From positions 124,001 to 188,000 of IMG/VR virus record IMGVR_UViG_3300035698_013060: 64,000 nucleotides of DNA; one strand, written 5' to 3'. How positions within the stretch are numbered: position 1 is the first letter of the stretch; every line of letters begins with the position of its first letter. The position numbers were made by a program, and so were the translations under genes. Positions 57,526 through 64,000 of the stretch are shown here, in pieces. The notes beneath the pieces were generated by a model. The model was not told the DNA's origin. It searched no databases and saw nothing but the letters and a program-made list of their open reading frames with translations.

Positions 57526-58119
57526 TCACCTCTTCAGGTATTCCTTGACATGAGACTCCATTTGATGGTGGTCCCAGTAGCGGCTCTCCTCAAGGATAAA
57601 CCGCCTCAGTTGATTCTTATTCTCCAAAGCTTTCTCAGCAGCATTTGGAGCTAAGGCATCATCAAAGAACCTCACTCGGTTCACTGCCATACCATATTCT
57701 CTCATCATCGGAGTTATCAAGAAATTGGCAATTCCTTGGAGCATCCTCCTATCAGGAACACCCTCCCTAAAGTCATCATTCAAGACGATCAGTATGTCGT
57801 CCTTTCTACCATGCGGGATAGCTCCAGTGGCAGCTAGTTCATAGAGAAACCAAGAGACTTGGCTCCTTCCTATCCCGGAAAAGAAAACATAATCATCTTC
57901 AAGAAACTCAACGTAAAAATGGCAAGGAGGTTGACTAGCTTGAAGGTCTTCGTAGAAGTACCGTTGGTACTTGCCCCACGAATATCTATAGGAACTCCGG
58001 AGCATCCTAGGCTCCCAAACTGTTCCTCTGACCATGAGGTTGTGGAGCGGGACCAGAAGAATCCCAGTAGGCTCTCTGACCCGCTTCCACTTCTTGTCGT
58101 TGAGTATCGTGTTTCTCAC
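57526..58119 (-). CDS. amidase_2-like fold protein (likely non-catalytic)
   Basis: PPCHFYV and I.I.L..DF....P pattern; Zn ligands incomplete. Confidence 0.45.
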   Translation of the reverse strand: MRNTILNDKKWKRVREPTGILLVPLHNLMVRGTVWEPRMLRSSYRYSWGKYQRYFYEDLQASQPPCHFYVEFLEDDYVFFSGIGRSQVSWFLYELAATGAIPHGRKDDILIVLNDDFREGVPDRRMLQGIANFLITPMMREYGMAVNRVRFFDDALAPNAAEKALENKNQLRRFILEESRYWDHHQMESHVKEYLKR

Positions 58120-58120
58120 G

Positions 58121-58672
58121 TTATCCCTTGATGGACTGGTAGAACTGTTCCTTCATGGCAGCCACTTCGGCCTTGCGCTTCGGATCCTTGGTCGCTTTCT
58201 CGAGGTCATCCAAAGCTCTTTCTGCTTTCTTGACCTGCTTCGTGGCGTCCTTGCTGGCGAAGAAAGCTGCAGTCCCTACTCCAACGAGCGCGATCATGTT
58301 CAAGGTCAGACCGTAAATGGAGTAGAAGAAAGCGAGAACGAGAGCAGCTTGGAGAGCACCGATGGTAGCCAGAATGGCGACCATGATATATACTCCAACC
58401 GGAACGAGAAGCAAAGCGATTGTCGCCTTTTGAACTCCATCAGCTGTCTTATTGGCCTTCTTAGCCTTCGACATAAAGTCGTAGACCTTCGCTCCGAGGA
58501 CGTCGATGGATTCTTCGGTGAGAACTCCATTCTCGACAATGAGCGAACCCTTTTCAAAGGGCTCCAACTCAGCATCTTCCATAAGAGTTCTACCCTCTTC
58601 TGATTCGAAGAAGACCACACACTCTTCAATGGACAGATTGGCTTCACCGGCAGTTCCTTGGTAAAACAGCAT
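58121..58672 (-). CDS. head/ejection protein with MLFY leader, acidic propeptide and hydrophobic helices
   Basis: AGGAG SD; SIEE/LME/IVE/LTEE sites; roughly 60-aa hydrophobic segment. Confidence 0.65.
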   Translation of the reverse strand: MLFYQGTAGEANLSIEECVVFFESEEGRTLMEDAELEPFEKGSLIVENGVLTEESIDVLGAKVYDFMSKAKKANKTADGVQKATIALLLVPVGVYIMVAILATIGALQAALVLAFFYSIYGLTLNMIALVGVGTAAFFASKDATKQVKKAERALDDLEKATKDPKRKAEVAAMKEQFYQSIKG

Positions 58673-58693
58673 CTCGACATCTCCTGATTTTCG

Positions 58694-60289
58694 TTACACC
58701 CACTCGTCGCAATACTCTACGAGAGTACTTGTGTAGTTCACCTTCTGATTCAGTCTGTCAGCTAAGGCATCAAGCATGTCTGCCTCCATATCGGGAAGGT
58801 CAGCATTTGCCATAGATTCCAGTGGGACTCTAGTGCCGATCTGCGACACATTATCCTCTCGAAGGCGGTTGATGTTCACTAATCTACTGTTTAGCTCCAG
58901 GAAACGCTGCCTGCTCATGAGGACGTCGCCGTTAGCATCATACCCATCGTACTTGTCGTACTCTGTTCCAGGCAAATCTGGAAGATTCATAAGGGTCTTA
59001 CCGAGAGTAAGCGAGCTTACTAAGGTATACCCTGGATCAGAGTCTGGTACCACATTGACTACGGAGAAGTAGACGTATTCCCAAAAACGAGAACCGTCAT
59101 CTTCGTTCGACGGATCTCTGACAGGAAGATCTCTACTATCAGCTGTAATATGATCAATATCCAGTTGTCCGATGAAATTAGGATGGATCATGTTGTTGGT
59201 CAAAATGACGTTGGTTGGATAGCTAACAGTAGCAGCAGCAGGTAAGACCAGATTACCGACGTTAGTCTCCACGATTTGCATAGCGTAGCTAGCTTCAGCT
59301 GCCGGGAGCTCTGGATCTAGAACGGGATAGAAGAAACCTCCATCATTAAGGATGAGTCCCATATGTGAAGGATCATCAGCAATCATGACAACGTTGTGTC
59401 TACGCAGCATGACATTGGTGATAACAGCGTCGTACCACGAGTCACCACCCCATGGTGGTCCTATCGGATCTGGATTACCGGGCTGGTCTGGTTCGTCGAT
59501 GATAGAGTCAGAAATACAATCCGTTATGGCTATCCATATCTCGTCCCAGTATCGGACCATTTCTCTGACATAGTTGATATCTTTATCTGCTTTCGCAACC
59601 TCTCCGGAAGCTAGTATCTTGTCATACATGTACTCTGTGGGAGTCTGTGCTCCTGGGGTCGGTTCACTGATACTATCCAACGGGTTGCCGTCATCATCAT
59701 GAATCATATTTTGTATACTCTGGTCCTGGGATTTAGACAGGTGGTCCACTGCATATCCAGTAATGAGAGATGTGATGTCGAAAGCGGAAGCGAACCCGTT
59801 CTGTACCATCAGCGAGTGATATAGTGTGTACAAGTCGGCGAAATCCTGGGTTGAGAGCCGGGTGATCCTGGACATGTAGTCCTGCTCCCAGTCGAGGTAG
59901 AGTTCGTCGTTCTCAGGGTCATCCGGATACTTGGGCGTAATAATCCACGCCTTAAAGGCTATTATTCTATCCCCCACTAATTCTTCGTAGTTCCTTTCAA
60001 TGATGACATCTTCGTCATTCTTCTGAAGTTGATCATCTTGCGTTCTGATATACCTATCAAGGAATACCAGTTCGTTCTGTACCCAAGCCCAGTGATTTCT
60101 TGGGACCGTTACATCAGGATCTGTCTCTCCGTCAGCTTCTTCCGTAGGAGAGAACTGTCCATCCAGAGACCAGAGCTTCATCTTGAGGTAGTTAGCATCT
60201 TCTTCGTCAGAGTAGTCCCTCACGAGGAGTTGTTCCTCGATCCATTGTCTGGGATTGATGAAGTTGTCATTGTCTCTGATATTGGCCAT
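58694..60289 (-). CDS. acidic virion structural protein
   Basis: GGAG SD; heads a baseplate-gene run. Confidence 0.65.
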   Translation of the reverse strand: MANIRDNDNFINPRQWIEEQLLVRDYSDEEDANYLKMKLWSLDGQFSPTEEADGETDPDVTVPRNHWAWVQNELVFLDRYIRTQDDQLQKNDEDVIIERNYEELVGDRIIAFKAWIITPKYPDDPENDELYLDWEQDYMSRITRLSTQDFADLYTLYHSLMVQNGFASAFDITSLITGYAVDHLSKSQDQSIQNMIHDDDGNPLDSISEPTPGAQTPTEYMYDKILASGEVAKADKDINYVREMVRYWDEIWIAITDCISDSIIDEPDQPGNPDPIGPPWGGDSWYDAVITNVMLRRHNVVMIADDPSHMGLILNDGGFFYPVLDPELPAAEASYAMQIVETNVGNLVLPAAATVSYPTNVILTNNMIHPNFIGQLDIDHITADSRDLPVRDPSNEDDGSRFWEYVYFSVVNVVPDSDPGYTLVSSLTLGKTLMNLPDLPGTEYDKYDGYDANGDVLMSRQRFLELNSRLVNINRLREDNVSQIGTRVPLESMANADLPDMEADMLDALADRLNQKVNYTSTLVEYCDEWV

Positions 60290-60318
60290 AAGAGTTCTCC
60301 GTAAATAACAGCTTTTTC

Positions 60319-60330
60319 ATCACATATTAA
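60319..60330 (+). promoter_or_regulatory. early promoter ATCACATATTAA
   Basis: CACATATTA identical to the 17498-17506 site. Confidence 0.6.
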
Positions 60331-60370
60331 AGCGATGTATGATACGAAATCCACAACAAGGAGAATAGAA

Positions 60371-60604
60371 ATGTTCACAGGATCACTCGCAAATGTCACT
60401 AATGATTTGGTCCATGTCAACGACGTGGCCGAAGCAGCCGTGGCTCAGAGAAGAGACATGCTGCGCGGTACTCTGCTCGAGGGAGATCCCCGGATTGAGC
60501 AGATGAATCAGAATGCTCTCGCCGGGATTCGCAAGGCTACTGAGAAGATCTTCATGGCTGAAGCTTCAGCCAGGACACCCAGGGATCGGAAATCTACCTG
60601 GTAG
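60371..60604 (+). CDS. early hypothetical protein
   Basis: AAGGAG SD before ATG 60371. Confidence 0.7.
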   Translation: MFTGSLANVTNDLVHVNDVAEAAVAQRRDMLRGTLLEGDPRIEQMNQNALAGIRKATEKIFMAEASARTPRDRKSTW

Positions 60605-60705
60605 AAGATTAGGGGGAGCTCTGGCTCCCGGGGAGGCTTTGCCTTCTTCCCGTGAATACATCCTAAATGAGACTGATATTAGTGATCTATCAAGGGAGGT
60701 GTTCC

Positions 60706-60870
60706 ATGAAGATACAGACTCCAGGCACGATGACCCTCGTAGTGATTGCTATCCTGTGGATTGATGTTCTGATCATCTGGAAGCTTGGCTTCTGGGCGTT
60801 CTGTGGCATCACCCTCGCTGGCAACACGTTCAATCACTGGCTCAGAACCAGGAAAGGAAGTGGATCATGA
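60706..60870 (+). CDS. small membrane protein
   Basis: GGGAGG SD; hydrophobic. Confidence 0.6.
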   Translation: MKIQTPGTMTLVVIAILWIDVLIIWKLGFWAFCGITLAGNTFNHWLRTRKGSGS

Positions 60871-61055
60871 TGGACTTGGGAGAAGCCGCCGAGGCTATAA
60901 ACCGGGAGACGGAGAGGATGACGAAGGAATTCGCCATCAAACGTTCCGCAAGGAAGATCAACGTTGAACGAGCCTGCAAGCTGATGTGTCAGCTCACAGC
61001 TGGTGAGATCAACGGTGAAGACTTCCAAACCAGGCTGAATGAGATCTCAGCCTGA
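60867..61055 (+). CDS. hypothetical protein (62 aa)
   Basis: ATGA overlap. Confidence 0.65.
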   Translation: MMDLGEAAEAINRETERMTKEFAIKRSARKINVERACKLMCQLTAGEINGEDFQTRLNEISA

Positions 61056-61095
61056 TGAAAATGAACTTGAAAAGGAGGCGTCTAATGCTTCTTCT

Positions 61096-61395
61096 CTATC
61101 CTCCAGTAATTACAGTTCCAGCTCCTGTTACTACGTTGCCGATGAAACACCCTACGAAGAGATCTCCTATTCGACAAACGTTACTCCCTTCAGCTATGAC
61201 TGTAGAAGAGCCGGTGACCATGATCCCGACATGCCCACAGAATCCGAGCATAACATCTCCGATCCTAGATGTAGGCATCCCCTCAGCAATCACTGTTCCA
61301 GCTCCAGTTACGAGCACACCGACCATCCCTATGCAGCTCTTATGACAGCAGCAGACGCCGACACCGAGATCGGATATTCTTGCCGTTGGTGGCAT
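61096..61395 (-). CDS. PAAR-repeat spike-tip protein (gp5.4-like)
   Basis: three repeats PTARISD / PTSRIGD / VCRIGD with TG..TV..EG; Cys/His metal site. Confidence 0.9.
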   Translation of the reverse strand: MPPTARISDLGVGVCCCHKSCIGMVGVLVTGAGTVIAEGMPTSRIGDVMLGFCGHVGIMVTGSSTVIAEGSNVCRIGDLFVGCFIGNVVTGAGTVITGG

Positions 61396-62555
61396 CAGTT
61401 ATCCTCTTTTTCTTCAGTGTTTACAACGCAGAACCTTATCTCCCCCTTCTTCCTTCCACTTTTCTCGAAATTCAGTATTCTATTGACTACTGTTTCATAA
61501 CCCCAAGTTCCAATCCCAGTCTCTCTACTGACCTTCCCGATCTCATCTAGGGTTCTCTTAGCAGCGTCTAGAGTTTTTGGAGTCCATCCGTCACCACACG
61601 GATCCAACCTTCCGAGACCGTTTTCTTCGAGCCACGGACCTCTGTAAGGTGCAAAGCACACTGACTTCATTCCGTTCTTAGCACCCCACCTCATAAGGTC
61701 TGGCCCATCCGTCAACGTCTCGGTTGTGATAAGACTTCCAAGAAAGATCCCGTGATTGGGGTCCCTGCGAAAGATTTCTTCCAGATTCCCCTTGACTATA
61801 CTAAGATCTTTCAGTCTGTGAGTCTTGTAATGTTCAGGGTCTACGGTATCAAGACTCACGGATATCCTTGTTAGAGGACCATTCCTCACCCATTTCTCCC
61901 ACTTCTCTGGAGTCATCCCGATCCCATTAGTAATCGTCATTATCTCGGTCCCCGGATTGGGAAGATCCAAGACTTTTTTGATATAGGAGTCAGGATGAGC
62001 AAAGAGGTCCCCACCCATGAACTGTGTGTACCTCACATTCTTGAATACCGGTTTCAGCTTCTCAAAGTTCTTATCGTTCAGTTGATTCTTGACGTTAGGA
62101 ATGTAAGTGGACCAACAGAAAGGACACGCTGTGTTACACTTGCGTCCTATGAAAAGGAAAACCATGAGAGGCTGTGTATCGATCTTTGATTTTCCAGAGA
62201 GAATACTCTTCTCTATCTCATCGATCTCTGGACAATTTTTAAATCTCTTACGAAGTAAGTCCATTTGCTCTTTGACCGTTTGTCCGTTACCTCTACATAT
62301 CGGACAAGACATCTCAACAGGACAGGCTTTCTTGTATCCAACTGCCAACATCTTCTCACGAAACTTGACGAACCCTTCACAATTCCATTGTACTTCACCG
62401 CTGTACGGACCACCCTCTAGGTATTCGTGCTTAACTAGATCAGGAACGTAACAGCAGGGACTGACTCCCCATCCACCAATTCCAAGATATGTCCATGGGT
62501 CAACACAGATGTCTCTCCTCAAACTGAGATCTTCAGTACTTGCTTCGTTAATCAT
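61395..62555 (-). CDS. radical SAM enzyme with N-terminal SPASM/twitch-like domain
   Basis: CNTACPFC, MGGD, TNG, ISVSLD; N-terminal CVDPW...VSPCC...WN...FR...C....CPIC. Confidence 0.9.
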   Translation of the reverse strand: MINEASTEDLSLRRDICVDPWTYLGIGGWGVSPCCYVPDLVKHEYLEGGPYSGEVQWNCEGFVKFREKMLAVGYKKACPVEMSCPICRGNGQTVKEQMDLLRKRFKNCPEIDEIEKSILSGKSKIDTQPLMVFLFIGRKCNTACPFCWSTYIPNVKNQLNDKNFEKLKPVFKNVRYTQFMGGDLFAHPDSYIKKVLDLPNPGTEIMTITNGIGMTPEKWEKWVRNGPLTRISVSLDTVDPEHYKTHRLKDLSIVKGNLEEIFRRDPNHGIFLGSLITTETLTDGPDLMRWGAKNGMKSVCFAPYRGPWLEENGLGRLDPCGDGWTPKTLDAAKRTLDEIGKVSRETGIGTWGYETVVNRILNFEKSGRKKGEIRFCVVNTEEKEDN

Positions 62556-62917
62556 TTTATTTCATGACTTTTATCGTAGTCTTCTTTGCACACTGGAAGC
62601 ATGTCTACAGTCTTCCCAGCGAATTTATGAGTACAGTCGCTAAGAAACCTGACCTTCCCATTCTCGATGAAGCAGTGACACCTCATCAACTCTTCTCCCC
62701 TGGATTGGCTCAAGAGAGAAGGACTGAGTGTCGGCTTATCAAGAGACTCATTCCAAAACCAACACGGTCCTTTGCTCTCTTTCTTTCCAGTATGGAAAGG
62801 TACCACGCACAATCCGACCCATCCCTGAAGACGGATCCTGATATGAGATGCCTCTGGAATAGGGCACTCTACATATGCATGGTCTAGCAGTTTTACAGGC
62901 TGTGCTAATTTGATCAT
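62552..62917 (-). CDS. DUF6527-like protein
   Basis: W.WN...DKPTLSPS.L...CH.FI.NG.V.FLSDCTH..AG.TVD. Confidence 0.75.
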   Translation of the reverse strand: MIKLAQPVKLLDHAYVECPIPEASHIRIRLQGWVGLCVVPFHTGKKESKGPCWFWNESLDKPTLSPSLLSQSRGEELMRCHCFIENGKVRFLSDCTHKFAGKTVDMLPVCKEDYDKSHEIK

Positions 62918-62926
62918 GGTTTTCTC

Positions 62927-63292
62927 TTAGACGGGTAATATCGGAGAAAAGTAAACTCCTTCAGAGTAGAGTTTCTCTCTAATCTCCTCAGAGACGGCTT
63001 GAAGTTCTTTACAAACCTTGTCAGCTTCCCCAAGATTCATGCCTGCGGTAAAGGTCATCGTAGGATGCCCATGTTGAGTAAACTGTATCAACCTGATCTT
63101 GAAGGTTGGCTTGCCTAAAAACCTCTTACCGGAGCAATCATAGACTGGATGATAGTAGAACGCCTCTTTGTAGACCTGTTGGTGAGGATCCCGCGTCTCT
63201 CTCATGAGTTTTTCCATGGCTTCTCTTCCACTCAAAGCCTTCGGGAAAACTCGACGAAAGAGAGCTATCATCTTTTTCAACTTACTCATCAT
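62927..63292 (-). CDS. hypothetical protein (121 aa)
   Basis: GGGGG SD; directly after the spike gene. Confidence 0.7.
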   Translation of the reverse strand: MMSKLKKMIALFRRVFPKALSGREAMEKLMRETRDPHQQVYKEAFYYHPVYDCSGKRFLGKPTFKIRLIQFTQHGHPTMTFTAGMNLGEADKVCKELQAVSEEIREKLYSEGVYFSPILPV

Positions 63293-63297
63293 TCCCC

Positions 63298-64000
63298 CTA
63301 GCTGTTCAAGTAGATCATTCCAGCCGTCTGTCTGATAGTGGCTCCAGCCTGTACGTCCACAGCAGAGCCAGCCTTGACATTGACCTGACTTCCAGATTCT
63401 ACGTTAACGGTAGATCCAGTCTTAATGTTGATCACAGTACCCTGGTTAAGCTCGATCAGTGATCCGCTGTACGTGTAGATATGCACGAGATCCGCCACAT
63501 CATCCATGAGCATGTAGTGGCCTTTGACTGTCCTGACGTGGATCTTCTCGTATCCAGCGTTGTCATCCATCGTAATGAAATGACCGGCGCTAGTCTCGAG
63601 CTTCACAAAGGTCCCGTGGTTCACTCCGTCTTCGTCGTTGGCATCCAACGGGTTATCATCGCCCACAGCCGACGACTTGTCGACCAACTTCAACTGATGC
63701 CCGCTCTGAGTATTCAAGGTCACGACTGAAGAGTCCGCATTGAACTCCAACTTGAGCCTATGACCGTTGGCGAACTTCAGGATGAAAGTGTTTCTATCGT
63801 TGTTAGTGTCAGCATACAGAACGTTCCCATTCTGCCACTCTCTTAGGACGTGGATGTTGACCTTCGTCTGCATGGTGTCCCTATTAGCGAACGATTCTAC
63901 GTTAGCCATCGGAGTCACCTCACCATACAGTGTGGGTGAGAAGGGAAGGAAGTAGCACTTCTGCGGATCTCCGTCCTCGAATAGGACGAACACCGTAGAT
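63298..64000 (-). CDS. baseplate central spike (gp5/VgrG-like), 5' end outside the window
   Basis: end of OB fold V.F..GDP; repeated T..GH.I.MDD; 8-residue beta-helix repeats. Confidence 0.8.
   Translation of the reverse strand, partial: STVFVLFEDGDPQKCYFLPFSPTLYGEVTPMANVESFANRDTMQTKVNIHVLREWQNGNVLYADTNNDRNTFILKFANGHRLKLEFNADSSVVTLNTQSGHQLKLVDKSSAVGDDNPLDANDEDGVNHGTFVKLETSAGHFITMDDNAGYEKIHVRTVKGHYMLMDDVADLVHIYTYSGSLIELNQGTVINIKTGSTVNVESGSQVNVKAGSAVDVQAGATIRQTAGMIYLNS

Noticed and set aside
1-64000. Genome-wide stop-codon reassignment (TGA or TAG)
   Set aside because: All large conserved genes are intact in code 11. TGA ends the gp226 homologue at the expected C-terminus and forms ATGA overlaps, and TAG ends RNase H, the chaperonin and the gp6-like gene.
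1-64000. Chimallin, PhuZ, RNAP catalytic subunits, capsid, terminase
   Set aside because: No recognisable motifs in this window; I cannot say whether they occur elsewhere in the genome.

Overview
A 64-kb internal segment of a jumbo myophage genome of the AR9/PBS1/phiR1-37 type (phiKZ-related phages with two RNA polymerases). It uses standard code 11, and its base composition looks near-balanced by eye rather than strongly AT-rich like AR9. The key marker is a homologue of the AR9 non-virion RNA polymerase promoter-specificity subunit gp226 (6767-8248), two genes from a GroEL-like chaperonin, as in AR9. Two phage promoter classes can be read directly from the sequence. A late class, AACA-N6-T(A/G), has 13 strict intergenic or start-proximal copies plus 3 variants, including two back-to-back divergent pairs. 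An early class, CA(T/C)ATATTA-like, has 8 copies. The window also holds replication and repair genes (primase, DnaB-like helicase, SbcD/Mre11, DEDDh exonuclease, RNase HI, RusA, a stand-alone polymerase-palm protein). The tail and baseplate genes include a 2889-aa tape measure, gp6/gp25/gp48/gp53/gp54/gp5/PAAR-like proteins and fibres. Most notable observations: (1) four unrelated proteins share an N-terminal M-[LI]-F-[YL] leader followed by protease-like x-x-E sites, a candidate capsid-targeting/ejection signal; one cargo is a host-type Zn-ribbon peptide. (2) A G/GT-type -1 frameshift at GGTTTTT (11677-11683). (3) A radical SAM plus DUF6527-like cassette translationally coupled to the PAAR spike tip. 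(4) An H1-like/poly-Glu/HU-like fusion protein. (5) Two unannotated paralogous mini-proteins in the fibre operon. (6) Several small genes each broken by a single stop or frameshift. All family assignments come from motif recognition and recalled sequences, not database searches.
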